Shown: positions 13,439 to 26,173, numbered from the whole stretch's first letter. The stretch: 52,096 nucleotides of DNA, filler included, from Sphacelaria rigidula (GCA_964200075.2; 4 parts of 4 records of this genome joined end to end with filler, not necessarily neighbours in it); one strand, 5' to 3'. Program-made: numbers and translations. The notes: generated by a model from the sequence alone, not told the origin.

Positions 13439-13695
13439 GAGCAATGCTACGGTAGGGGGGCACTTTCTGCGCAAACTCTTGCCTTGTTCAGGGACTCCTA
13501 ACGATTCTTGATGCACAAGAATATGGGTAAGGGCATCCCCGTTTGCAAATTCATTCGGGATATCCCCAGCACATTTAAGTAGTAATCCTGGCGTACTCTC
13601 ACATATTTTCATAAGTCGTATTTTGCATGAGATAAAGGGCTCCTAGCAATTCGCACCTCAGAAAATATTTGTGCACCCCTACCGTAGCGTCACTC
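13439..13695 (-). mobile_element. Sola-like MITE family B, copy 1
   Basis: TIR GAGCAATGCTACGGTAGGGG...CCCCTACCGTAGCGTCACTC with 4-bp TSD CGCC. Homologous to 18165, 33657 and 49086. Confidence 0.85.
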
Positions 13696-13901
13696 CGCCG
13701 TTGAGGTAGACCAGAGTAGCAACACGGCATTTTTTGTTCAGCCCCTTGCAGATGAGGAGGTGTTCCTGCTTCTCCGAGACTTTCACTCGCAGCAGCCGAA
13801 ATGGTAGATGGCACTGCTGATGTTCTCGTACTCCGTCATTTTCCATTTCTCTCTCTCTACATGTACATGTATATATCTTATTTCTTTCTGCACAAGCACA
13901 G

Positions 13902-16044
13902 GAGTGCCGCTGTGAGCTCGATCGTAGGATACATCCTAGGCATCGGTGATCGCCATGCGCACAACATCCTGGTGCACCAGCGCACGGCCGAGGTTGTTCA
14001 CATCGACTTCGGGGTGACGTTCGAGCAGGGCAAGGTTCTATCCACGCCCGAAACGGTGCCGTTTCGCCTGACGAGGGATATCGTGGACGGCATGGGTGTT
14101 ACGGGTACGGAGGGCGCTTTCAGGAAGGCCTGCGAAGCCGCCATGAGGGTAAGGAGAAGTCAGATTTTACTAATTGATGGGACTTGAGAGATATCTTGCA
14201 AAAAGTATGTATCTCTCCGAACGTCGATGGACGCGTCGAAAAGAATGTATCTCTCCGAACTGGATGCTGCACGATAGAAGTGGCTAGGTTCCCACTCAAA
14301 CCATGCACGCGGCCTGTCGACGGAGCTCCTTGCCGGGATACTTCGACAGTACAAAAAGTCATCGGTCGACAGATGGGGTAAACGATACCTTCTTTGAAGC
14401 ATCACTTCACGTGTCGAACGACGCGTAGGCCTTACAACCGGGTCAACAACTCGTACGACTAATTGTTTCGAGAAAATGGGGAGCGGGGAACAAACAACGT
14501 CTAAGCTCGAACGACGCGACTTTGATTCGAAAAACAAAAAGCGGGGGAAAACGGGTCTGACGTCAAGTCATTTATACAACCAGTTACGAAAGTTCGAACA
14601 GGCACTGCCCATGATACATCAGTAGATTAGGAACGACTACGATTGTCATGACTGCAGCCTCGGGTTCGTGTGACGCAGGTGCGCGCGTGTGTTTGTAAGG
14701 TTTCCTCGCGCACTGCAGAATATTTTCGATCTCAATGACGGGACGGATCATTCGATCGCACTGACTTGACTGTGCGCACAAGCCCGATGATTCGCATGCT
14801 GACCGTAAAAGATTGAAGCCGCAAAACGTACCAAGACATCGCAGATGGAGGTCACAGCGTGTGCCAGACGGGTCATATCGTAGCGTGTGTCGGGTGAGCG
14901 ATGGTAGTGGGCTGTTCTTGGGAGCGTAGTGTATTCTTGAAAAAAATAGCTGATTATTCTATTATTTATTTTACTGTATTATTTATTTATTTTATTTGTC
15001 GCACTTTGAACCCCTCCCCTTCCTCGGGACGAGTTCGTCGTCTCAAACGATCGAACCATCTCTCCCCGGTACATATTTTGCAGTAAAGGTTTGTCGATTT
15101 TTCGTGTGTGACCACTTTTTGAGAATGTGAAGCATACGACGAATGACCAGTGCTACACACTACACAACGCAAAAAAAGCGAGTCAACCCCTGCGGGTGGG
15201 CAACGATATTATTATCGTTGCTTGCGTTGCTGCACTGTGTTCACTCCGAGCGTTGGACGCAGACACACACACAACGGTTACGGTCGTGCTCGAAGTACCT
15301 ACTTTCGTTTTCCTTCTGTTTCTGTCGCTTTTTCGTTGTCGACGCTACTTGACAACCATTACGACGCGCAGGTTCTACGTTCCGACGCCCCTAGTGTCCT
15401 CACCATTCTGGAAGTGCTGCTACATGACCCGCTGTACAAGTGGATGCTCTCTCCGCTCGCCGCTCGCCAGCGTCAACAGGATGAAAGCAGAGCTGGTACG
15501 TACACTCGGGTACCGAAGGATGCGGATAATAACACCCCCCTCCGCCCCCCCGCCGCCCTTGTCGGTGAAGGGTTTTTGGAGACAAAAGTTGTAAACGTGG
15601 TGGTACTTGGGAAGAAGTGGTCACTCCGCAACCTCGGTGATAGCATGTCACCTCAATGCTTAGGCGACCTATATGATACCGCCTGTCCCCTTGGAAGAGC
15701 GAAGGGGTGATACGGATGTACTCATTCTTCAACCTCATGACCCCGTGCCTCCTTCCTCCCGTCTGCGCGACCCTGCAGAAAACGGCGGCAACCGCGGCGG
15801 GGTAGCGTCGGTGGTCGCGGCGGCGGCAGAGGCTGCTGCGGGGGCAGAGGATGCGGAAGACTCCGGGGTCGGGGGTGACGCAGCCCAGCGGGCGCTGGCT
15901 CGTATAAAGCACAAGTTGCAGGGCTACGAGGATCCCAACGGGGACGCGATGAGCGTTGAAGGGCAGGTCAAGCTTCTGGTCAACCAGGCCAGAGATCCCG
16001 AGAATTTGTGTCGATTGTACCCCGGCTGGGCGCCTTGGCTTTGA
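13902..16044 (+). CDS. ATM: Serine/threonine kinase ATM (PIKK), 3' exons: kinase C-lobe and FATC
   Basis: Exons 13902-14148, 15372-15495, 15779-16044. Motifs [58 protein letters not shown] and [34 protein letters not shown] match ATM/Tel1 rather than TOR. Confidence 0.92.
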
Positions 16045-16083
16045 GTTCGATTTCTCGTGGGCTTCCAAGAACGGTGTATAATA

Positions 16084-16635
16084 CCTCCTCTGTTCGGAAA
16101 TATAGGCTCTCTCGGAAATATCGGGAATATAAGCTCGCTTCAGGACGTATGCGAAAATCGCGGTTCTTGATCAGGCCACCACCGGTATGTGTTCCGCACA
16201 TCATTTGTACCATGTGCGAAAAAAAAATCAGGGGATGGCGTCATATTGCCTCCGGAAAAAAAACACCCCCACGCAAGATAACCCCCCCCAGAATGGGCTG
16301 GTTGCCGGCGTTGCTCGTGCGCTGTTGTTTGGTCGGACCACAAAAGAAGTGGTTCCGCGAGCTCCGCCGAATCGGCACGAATTCCGCCGAATAAGGCGAT
16401 TGAAAAAAAATCAGGGGGAAGGCCTCCACCCGGTGGTTTTCCCTCTCTTCGGCCAGGGACTCTGTGGTCACCGAGGGTATAGGTGGTGTTGTACTGTGGA
16501 CTGACCAAATACCTCGGTTTTGGGATGTTCTTCAGGTCGTCACGAAAGCAGAAAAAACACAAAAAAAAAATCGCATTTGGGCCAAAGTTATGCCTCTTTT
16601 TCTCTGAGAGAGCCTATATTTCCGGACAGAGGAAG
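16084..16635. mobile_element. Tc1/mariner-type non-autonomous element (Stowaway-like)
   Basis: TA|CCTCCTCTGTTCGGAAATATAGGCTCTCTC ... GAGAGAGCCTATATTTCCGGACAGAGGAAG|TA. It lies about 40 bp after the ATM stop. Confidence 0.8.
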
Positions 16636-18164
16636 TAGTATTTATTGACCGAGAGAGCGTGTGGACGTGGTTTTTTGTCGTGCGACCGTAAGCCAAGACA
16701 GTGCCGAGTACCTGAGGCCGCTCGAGACTGTACTGTAATATTTGTGGTATATTGCGACTTGTGATACTAGGTATCATTTGGCGCTGGGTTATTCGTTTCC
16801 CTCGGGATTTTGTGTTTTCGGTATGAAATACTGGGTCCGAAGGCCAGGTGGATTAAACCTGGACGTCGATAGCTGCGTGTGCTTGATTTGTGGGGTAGTT
16901 ATCAGTTCGTAGCTGTGTATCGCGGGGAAGACGGGGAGCGAGGCATGTTGAGAACAAGAGAGCGGAAGAACTGTCGTCCGAGTGCTGCTGCTTTCGCTGA
17001 CAGGCGAAACCGGCTGAGAGCTACTGTCCCACATTGATACCTTCCAGGCCGCCCTCATTTCCGCGGCATGTGCAAGCTGGGGGGGGGCTGGGGGTGTTGG
17101 CGAGACTGCGTTGGTGACCGTCGAAACAAAATGTTCAACAACAAGTGTTGCGTAGCATGGGTTCCAAAATCTTACTGGTCGAGCGGGGAACCAACACTCC
17201 GGGGTGACAACTTGTGCACTTGTAGAGGATAAAAGAGTTGTGTGCCGCGTGTATTTGCGTACAGTAGTGGATCCAATGGATGCAGTGAATATCCGGAAGA
17301 ATCGGGGAAAAGGTGAGACTTGAGCAGTTGGGGGCCCATGATCTGCTGTGGACCTACCGACGCTGACCCGACGCGACTCTATTGCTGGTCCTGATAACAA
17401 GTACAACGAAGGGAGAACGGGGGCAGGATATATTCAATCAACACGGAAGCCTTCTTCTGCCGAACGCAGCCGCTTCATTTGTCCAGGCGTTGGCTGCCAT
17501 AGCTTCATGCTGCCGGTAGTGGTGACTGTCCGCCTCGAGCATCAGCAACCCCCACCTACACATAGCTCTCGCGAAAATTGAACGGATTCGCCAAGGAGGG
17601 ACAGTAGTGAGGGGAGGAACGGACGAGTATACCACGCACCGGATCGTGAGACCGTATCGCAAGAACCCATACATGACCGCGGCTAACCATCACACAGGCA
17701 CCCACGCATTTTCAGGTGTATATGCTGCAGTGATGCTATGGGTAGATGTGTTGCTGCTTTGTTCGAGACACCAAACATCGCTTCAACGTCCAGCAGCGCT
17801 TACTGTGCTGCTCCCTTGCGCGAACCAACAAAAAGCTAGTATAGCCAAGAAGAGGGACCGGCAGCTGGCTCTTGTCCGAATCACTCGCGAAACAGCGACG
17901 CTACACCACCACGATGCATACCTTCTCTCTGTCCCATGAATTAGCTTGAATATGCTTACACGGGCCCTTTCCCGTGTCCAACGTATGAAATGCGATGATT
18001 GTTTTGGAATCTTTGGCTTTTTTTCGAGTAAAACATGTCGAACACCTTCTCATTTGCTTGCGTGTTCGCGCGCTGCCCTACGTGGCCCGCAAAAAGCCAA
18101 CGGTATAATAATGGCTACATTTCGATGTTTTCGTTCGCCCCTTCCCCCCCTTCCCTCCCCCCCT

Positions 18165-18418
18165 GAGTGATGCTACGGTAGGGGTACACAAATATGTTCT
18201 GCGGTGCGAATTGCTAGGAGCCCTTTATCTCATCCAAATTACGACTTATGGAATATGTGAGTAAGCCAGGATTACTATTCCAATGTGCTAGGGATATCCC
18301 GAATGAATTTGTAAACGGGGATGCTCTGACCCATAGTCTCGTGCATCTAGAATCTTTAGGAGCCCCTGAACCAGACAAGATTTTGCGCAAAAAGTGCACC
18401 CCCACCGTAGCATTGCTC
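18165..18418 (+). mobile_element. Sola-like MITE family B, copy 2
   Basis: GAGTGATGCTACGGTAGGGG...ACCGTAGCATTGCTC with 4-bp TSD CCCT. Confidence 0.85.
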
Positions 18419-19802
18419 CCCTCCAAAAAGCTGGAAATTCAAACAACATGGCCAAAAACGAAATATTTCCGTGTTTTCGAGCTTTCTTGTTGCACCGAAA
18501 AGCTTTCTTGTTGCATCGAAAAGGATCACGCCTACTTAGACTGTGTAGAGCTGTACTACAACCTGTATCCGACGCCTTGCTGCCAAAACTCGCCCAGAAT
18601 AATCGAAATACTGCCCAAAATGGGTCAAAATAGCCGACGATTGAGAAATTTTCACTGAATATTTCTTGAACCTGACTCGCATTTGTTTTCTCTCTCATAT
18701 AGACGTGCCTCTGGCATCGGGAGCACCTCCGTTACGGAGATATGATGTATATCCATACCAAACCTAATTTACGGGGCTGCAGAAGTGTGACCGCTTCGAC
18801 CCAATGCGCCGAAACAATGGCCGACCGGAGCTTCCTCACGTAAGTGAGGGGCTATCAGCTGGATTTTCTCTCGCTGAAGAGCCACGTGCGGGGAGGATTA
18901 TCGCCGGAACATTACCTTCAAAGTACACAGCAAGACCCAGTCAAGGGAATTGACGTTCCCTCGGCGGGGCCCGGGGGGATACTGCACCACCTCGGCGAGT
19001 AATAACCAGCCCCGCACGCTCACAGGGAATCAGTCCTGCCCCCCCCCCTTCAAAGGGCTTCAGCCAGGTCCGGCGGAACCCGGGGTAGTCCGTCCCGGCT
19101 ATGTAAGGACGGACCCCCCTATGACGTCGGTTGGCAACACCGCCACTCACTGTTCAAGATGGGTCACTCGGTTAACGTTTTATTCGCGCGCTTGCGTTGT
19201 TTTTGCGGTAACTATGATGGTGGCCGAGCTTGATCATACTGTGCGGGGTGGGAGAGTCTTAATCCCGCGCAAAGGGAGTGATTATTCTAACTAGTAGTTT
19301 TTGAATGATGAGACATCCATGAGGCAGTGTGTGACCCGTGGCTGTCTCTGGACGTCGCGATACCAGAAAATGAAGCAATTCATTGGAGGCTGTAATCCAA
19401 ATGCAACATAATTAGTATTGTACGCTTCGGGCCGAACAATCTTGGTAGGACGGAGGTCACCCTTCATGCAACTCGCCGCACATAACGACGCTTCTCGCTT
19501 GGTGATTGATTGCGAGCCTGGTCCGACGATAACACGGCGTGCTCCGTCCTGGCTTTATAGGGATGCGAGGTCAATGGGCATATGACTACGGCATGCAAGG
19601 CCATAAGTACACCCCCCCCTCCAAAGAGCTTATGCGAGATGGTTGCCCAAACCACAAGGTGTGGGGCCATTACCTCGGGTTGTCGTTTCGTTCTGAGTGT
19701 TGGAGCTTGGCGTAATTTCCCTGGTGCAATTCGATGATCGCCGCTCGGACGGTGTGCAATCGATACGGATCGCCGTAGAAATTCCGTCGATGCTGCTGCA
19801 AG

Positions 19803-22355
19803 GCTACTGTACTGTTGTACACTGTTCGTTATCTTCTCGTGGTTCGTGATCAGAAGACCATACTCTCCCGGTAACTCAGACAAAAAGGAAGCAAAAAATT
19901 CGAAGATTAGGGATGAAGCGCAGGTTCCCTGGTGGGGCTTGATGTTATAGATTAACGCAAGCGGTCTGCTTCAACTCTCGCTTGACGATCATCGCCGACA
20001 AAAAAACGGCAAGCTTTCACAACCCTCGTGTCGCGAAGTGACCACGCGGGAAACGTGCTCCTAGCTCAGAGACAGGATGCGGAAGAGAGAGTGCGGTTTA
20101 CGCTTTAAATCGTGTTCAAGCGTGTACATCGCTATTCCAGCTGTCGCTCTTTCAGCATGCTGTGGTGTACCCTGACGTAACGGCACAACCAACAACGTGT
20201 TTTCCTTGTAGAACAACTTCGCGGCAGAAGAAACAACGGGGCAGTTGTTGCCGAGGGGGAACGCTCCACATCTTGCGGTTGCTCCTCTCGATACTTGTGG
20301 GGAGTCAAACGTAGATGCAGTACATCCCTCACTAACCGTCGGCGCCCAGTCGGCGCCACCCACGGCATGTGCAGCATCATGTGGAGAATCAACTGAAGAA
20401 TGATGCCCCGATAGCCCCCTAAAAAAGAGGCAGAAAAACTGTCACGAAGGAATGGCCGCACAGCGCATCGAGATGATGGATGTTTCAGAAACGAGGTCTT
20501 GAAATGTGTTGTGAGGAATATAGAGATAGCTGGTTTGAGAAACGAGGTCTAATACTTAATTTCGAATGATGCAAATATAGCTGGCTTCAGGAACCAGACC
20601 TTAGCACATCACATGTAGATTTTTGCCTCCGTTCCCAAGACACTTTTCTGGGGCGATGCTATCGCGGCATAGTTTCTGAATTTGCATGCGCAATTGATCA
20701 TGCGACTGCGGTATACTGTAAGTAGGGACCTCGCGTGCAGAATGTGACCGAAAATCGTCGCCACATATGATATCAAATGTCTCCGTCAACGTATTGCGAT
20801 CAAGTTGAAAATTGCGTGTCACTTTTTCCCTCAATCATTCTGCCATTTGAAAATTAGGGGGTGTTATCTCTCGTCACACAAAATTACAGTGGTCAGTTTT
20901 GTCCCCCACGGAACACGAGCTATAACAGTGTAGCACACCCAAGACGTGCTACATACCGGTACCCGGTACACTCAGGGCTGCAAGTGACGAACTTGAAGGA
21001 TACCCCTGCGGATTTCTTCTCATCACGGACACATTACTTTTGTGTTCAAGAACTTGGTCGTGAGCTTGGCAGCGCCGCAAAGAGCACATCTGGAAGTGCC
21101 ATCTCTCATTTTTGCTCTACAAACACACCCGACCAGCAGCGAATACAACAATGCCGACCGAAACACAACACACTACCAAATTCGCGCAGTCAACATGGAT
21201 CATCACAACGTCTCGCCTGACACTCAGGGCTGGCTGTGGCGATGAGCTCGCAGACAAGATCCCAATGTTCGAACTTGCTCAACATCTCTGTCGCCATTCG
21301 TCGGTTGTCTTTTGCGATGCCTGGGATCTTTTTTTAACGTGCTTGCGGTACAGAGATCAGTGGCAACAAGATGAAAACATACCGCATCCGACAGTCACGC
21401 CATTCATGATGAAAACTTATAACACGCCAGAGATCGTGATTGAGGTCGGACTGTGATCACGTCTCTTCGACCGATCAAAAGTTGCTGCCAATATCTTGCG
21501 AGCAATCGGAAAACTACGTGCTACATTTCTCTCTGCGATATCTCGCCTGACCCCAAGGGGTTCGCTTTGGTGATGAGCTCGCAAACATGATCTCAACGCC
21601 ACAGCTTGCTGCCAACCCCAGACATCTATCGTCGCTGAGCTTTGATGATCTCGTTGCGGGTATGGGAACGCTTTTAATATTCAACTAGCATAAATATTGG
21701 AGACAGATAAATAGAAGGATACCTCGCTTGAGATGTGGCGTCATCGTGTCATCCATCAGGGACAATTTCCCCGACGAGCCCGAGACAATGGGTAACGTTA
21801 ACCAGCGATCATGTCTCCTCCGACAAGTCAAGGTCGCTCCCAACTTTGACAGTCTGCGGGAAGGCTACGTGCTACTTCTCCCTTTTGACGGTGTATATAA
21901 ATACCGCACAGATGCTTGCATGCATATTTGCACATATAGAGCCGTGAAAACATTCTCCCACGAAGGTCATCACATTTTGCCAAGATACAAAACGAGCATA
22001 ACAGATGGGAAACACGCCTTCGCAATCGTCAGAGCCAACGATCTCCACTGAAAGGCTCAATCCACTCAAGCTGCACGTCACATACCGCGGGTGGATGCAT
22101 ACCACCGTTCTCACACCCACCTCCCTCGACCTTCCCTTCTCTCTCAAACTACCGCTACGCTCTCAGCGAACGGTCCTTCAGTCAGCAGAACGATACCCGG
22201 CTCAAGTGTTGGGTGACGTGGTTCGAATATTGGCCGACTCCAACACGTTGTCGACCTCGATCCTGCCACAGCTTGCGTCTCTCAGCGCTACGCCTTTCTT
22301 TTCTCCTGCCTCAGAGCACACAGGATCACTGACGCCGCCGGCAGCCAATGAATAA
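19803..22355 (+). CDS. Hypothetical protein, 3' exons of an unknown gene
   Basis: Phase-consistent AG/GT-bounded segments 19803-19870, 20976-21056, 21228-21347, 21760-21832, 22167-22355 (..ELEGYPCGFLLITDTLLLCSRTWAGCGDELADKIPMFELAQHLC..WDLFLTCLRDNFPDEP..VKRTVLQSAERYPAQVLGDVVRILADS..ANE*). Some donors are weak and no family was recognised. Confidence 0.4.
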
Positions 22356-22383
22356 CGTTAGCATATCATCCATCAATCAATCA

Positions 22384-23727
22384 TCACCGAGCGGTTGTCC
22401 ATCGGCGAATCGCCTGGTGCAAAGCACGCGCACCGCTAGATGATAATACCGGCCCCGTCGCCCCATCCGTCTGCTCACCATCTCTATTATCAGCAGTCGC
22501 ACCCCCCAAAGCTCTTTTCAGGTGGGCTTCGTTCTCTGAGTACTTCCAAAGCGTCCCGGAGCGTCCCATTACCGCCGCACTGTCCCACACGACGAACTGC
22601 CGAGCGATACGGCGCGCCTCTCGAGAGTGAAAAAAACGCTCGAACGCATGCGTGGCGTCGGTGAAGGCATACTCCTGGAGGATCAGCGCCCCCCCCGGGT
22701 GTGAGTCCCGGAACTCTGTTAGATCGTGTACCTTGTCTCCCACGATGACCAGCAGGTAGGAGGACAAGGAGGAAGACGAGGGAGTATTAGCATTATCCAA
22801 ATGCGCAGCGGTTGAGGCGCTGGTTGCGGCAGCGTTGCTATGGATGATTTTGCCTTCCTCTAGCATTTGGTGTGCGCGGGTGCTGTGCGCGTGAAAAAAA
22901 GCGGCTTTCCATGCCCGCGACGACGACGGCGGCGATGACAATTGTCGTTGCTCTAGCTGCTGCTGTCGGGAAGGGCTACGCGTACCGCCGCTACAGTAAT
23001 AGGCGTCAAACGCAACACTACCGACGTCACGCGACCGCGGTTTCTTCTCACCACGATCGACGTGACCAACACCCCGATCTTGCGACACGGAGGTTTTTCT
23101 ATCGTGCATCGTGCTCCCGGTCGCGGAACTATGCACATCATTATCATGATCAACATCGTCGCGAGCCGCTGACACCTCAAAAATGCACCCGTCTGCCGCT
23201 GCTGGTGCCCGTTTCGTCGCTGCGCTTTCCGTCTCCACTCCACGACATGGTACACTCAGGTTTGCATGCCGGCTTAGCGTCTCCTCTAGCCAACCTTCTC
23301 CCACTGCGATTACTGTTGACCCGTGAGCCTCGTGCTCGAGACACCCACGGCCTTTACCACCGCCGCCAAAGGCTCGCGAGCATTGTTCTCGCCACACGAC
23401 GCCGGACTCGGCAATGGTGCGACTGAAGTCGACAGATACGGGTGCCACATCGACGAGTTCGGCTGGGAACAAGAAGGATCCCACGTGTTCCAACACGCTA
23501 AGGGGTGCCTCCGAAAAGAACACGTTGCGGTCGTTGACTCCAGTATTTTTTAGAGTACATGTATGACGTTCGTCGCCCGCAGCTACGTCGGCACGAGAGA
23601 TCTCGCTATTTTCCGCTCTCACGATGCGCAAGCTCTTTGTTTCCGTGCGTTCTTCTCTGATTCCAGAACCGCAACTGTTGTTGCTGCTCTTGACGTTGCT
23701 ATCAGATTGCCTCGCTAAAGTGTCCAT
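22384..23727 (-). CDS. F-box-like plus cytochrome b5 heme-binding domain protein
   Basis: Long uninterrupted ORF, likely starting at MDTLARQ (23727). F-box-like FSEAPLSVLEHVGSFLFPAELVDVAPVSVDFSRTIAESGVVWREQC. Cyt-b5 domain VIVGDKVHDLTEFRDSHPGGALILQEYAFTDATHAFERFFHSREAR keeps both axial His. Confidence 0.8.
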   Translation of the reverse strand: MDTLARQSDSNVKSSNNSCGSGIREERTETKSLRIVRAENSEISRADVAAGDERHTCTLKNTGVNDRNVFFSEAPLSVLEHVGSFLFPAELVDVAPVSVDFSRTIAESGVVWREQCSRAFGGGGKGRGCLEHEAHGSTVIAVGEGWLEETLSRHANLSVPCRGVETESAATKRAPAAADGCIFEVSAARDDVDHDNDVHSSATGSTMHDRKTSVSQDRGVGHVDRGEKKPRSRDVGSVAFDAYYCSGGTRSPSRQQQLEQRQLSSPPSSSRAWKAAFFHAHSTRAHQMLEEGKIIHSNAAATSASTAAHLDNANTPSSSSLSSYLLVIVGDKVHDLTEFRDSHPGGALILQEYAFTDATHAFERFFHSREARRIARQFVVWDSAAVMGRSGTLWKYSENEAHLKRALGGATADNRDGEQTDGATGPVLSSSGARALHQAIRRWTTAR

Positions 23728-24482
23728 GGCGTCAGCACAGCCGTCTTGACAACGGAAGAACGTCGCATGGCCGAAAGTGCGATTAGTGAAGGTGCCGACC
23801 GCTACACATAAAGAAAGGCAGAACAATATTGCTGGCAGCAAGTCAGACATAATTTCACACAGAAGACACCGTCATTACCATAACACGGCGTGCGAAACGG
23901 TGTTGTGACACCCCCTTGTGCAGGTGGTATAGCACTTGCTCAAAACGCGGCGGGACTGCAGACTGTCGGCATATCTTAGCATTACCCTTGACGTTCAGAC
24001 CCGTTGTCCAGTTCTTGTTTTTTCACTCTAGAGTCTAGTATACTTCTACTTCTAACTTTCTTCTGCACCCGAGCCCCCCGCCTCACTCCCCTCGCTCCTC
24101 CGCGTCCCCGTGGTCGGGCTCAGTTGNNNNNNNNNNACTTGCTACCCCTTGTCCAATTCTTTTTTTTTTTCCATTTGGATTACTATCCTGTCCCTTCTAA
24201 CTTTCTCCCCCCCCCCCCCCCCCCTTCCCCCTCCTTGGGACGAGTTCGTAGTTACCTCAAGGGAACAATCCATCTCTCTCCCAGTACATTCCTTGCTCTT
24301 ATTTATCGGGCATCGAATCAACATTTTAGCAGTCTTTCAACCGGCTCTCATCGCCACCAGATACGAGTAGTACTCTTAAAAAAGTAAATTCCGCCGTACC
24401 GATCTCGTATTTTTATGCGCGTCATGTTACAGTAGGATAGAACAAATATACAGAACATGCAACAATATTTCTGTGACATTGA

Positions 24483-25463
24483 TAGGGCTGTGAACTCGAC
24501 CAGCATGCGCTGTCAATTGGAGTGGAACTGGAGTTAAACTGGAACTGGCGACGAGGGCACCAATAAATTATCCAGTTTATTGAGGAGTGCCGTTACCGGC
24601 TATTTTATGTACCAATTTTAATATGTTGAGTTTAAAATAAAGCCAGATGCTTTCACCATTAAATACATTCGGACTGTACAATTGAGGCCTGTACTTAACA
24701 GTTGCAGAGGAATACAGATTGTCAAATCAAGACGGAGGGCTCTTCGAAGGTGTCTACGGATATTGTTTGCGTCAAGCAGCGGTGCACCGCTTCATGCTTC
24801 GTCTTACGTGTTTCGATCGACATGTACATCATAGGTGGGCGTTCTGTGGTGGTACCATAGCGCATCAAGAACGGGTTTGCCCTGGGGCAGTCACTGCCCG
24901 ATTACTTCATGCGTTTTCTGCTTTTTCTGTATCCCGTATGCTTCGTCGGTGCCTCGTGGTTCTGCATTTTTCCGTTTCTTTTCGGCCGTAGCGTGTAGTA
25001 GGTCGACGGCTGGTCCGTCGAATGAGGAACATGAATGAAGAGAAACAAAAATAAGTTGTCGCGTATGTACGGCGGGACGCTTGATGCGCAACTGTCGAAA
25101 ACCCCAAACCCCAGTTGCCAGTTGCTAATTGCATGAAGAACATTTTGAACATCATGTAGCTCATGCTCACCGCACCTAGAAGTGATATAGCGGGTATATG
25201 TTGAGGTTTGTTTGCCGTTCCATTGCACGACATCCGAAATAAAAATAACGAACGGTAACCCGCGACCACAGAATACAAAATACACGATGGCTAGATATCC
25301 AAATACATGAGTCGGCCCGGGCGTGAATACTTTTGCGCTCTTATCGTCGCCGATGTCTTTCCAGTTATCGGGCGAAGCCGATTAGCTGGGGAGACAAAAA
25401 TGTACTGGCCACTGGCGCGGCCAGTATAACTTAGCCGGCCAAAGCTGCCAGTTCATAGCCCTA
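24483..25463. mobile_element. hAT-type non-autonomous element (~980 bp)
   Basis: TIR TAGGGCTGTGAACT...AGTTCATAGCCCTA with 8-bp TSD GACATTGA/GAGATTGA (1 mismatch). Confidence 0.75.
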
Positions 25464-26000
25464 GAGATTGAAGAAATATGAGAGTTAGGATACGATTGAG
25501 AGCGAGGCGCGATTAATTAATTACTGAAATAGTTTCAGTTCAGTTTCAGTTTGCTTCGGGCTTCGGGCCTTGTGCGAGAGGTCCGATACGCTTTCTGCAG
25601 TAGTTTGTAACTGAAGCCTTGGATATCCCCGAGTAGGATATCGACGTGTAGCTGTAAGCACACAACACAGTGTTACAGGCAAAAAACGGCACACAAAACA
25701 TGAAAAAATGGTCAAGTTAGGGCGAATAATGACACTTACCCTCAATCAACGATATTCTCTCAATCTCACGAAAGCATCACCATTGTTATATACAAGCCCT
25801 ACTATTATAGGGCCATTATTATCGGGGGGAGGGGGGGGGGAATCAGAAAAGGTCTGAAACTTCGGCGATCTCCAAACGGTTCACAGGGTCTCGTTATCAT
25901 CGGAATTTCGAGTTTTCAAAGCGATGCAGTGCAACCCCCCCCCCCCCCCCCCCCCCCCAGCCCTTATTCGCCCCCCCTCCCGGATTCCTGGCGCATCCCT

Positions 26001-26100
26001 NNNNNNNNNNNNNNNNNNNNNNNNNNNNNNNNNNNNNNNNNNNNTTAATTAATTAANNNNNNNNNNNNNNNNNNNNNNNNNNNNNNNNNNNNNNNNNNNN
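26001..26100. other. Artificial contig linker
   Basis: N44-TTAATTAATTAA-N44. Confidence 0.97.
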
Positions 26101-26173
26101 CCGTCTGGAAAGGGATGCGTGGTCAATGGTCAAATGACTAAGGCAAGCAACAAATGAGTACGCCCCCCCCCCC
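26101..26173 (+). repeat. Poly(C)-tailed element, copy 3 (cut by contig start)
   Basis: CCGTCTGGAAAGGGATGCGTGGTCAATGGTCAAATGACTAAGGCAAGCAACAAATGAGTACG followed by a C-run. Confidence 0.85.

Noticed and set aside
16789-17406. 205-aa ORF, and similar long ORFs at 15400-16068, 26930-27550 and 39549-40172
   Set aside because: No recognisable domains. Several are antisense shadows of real exons (ATM, LNR gene, kinase).
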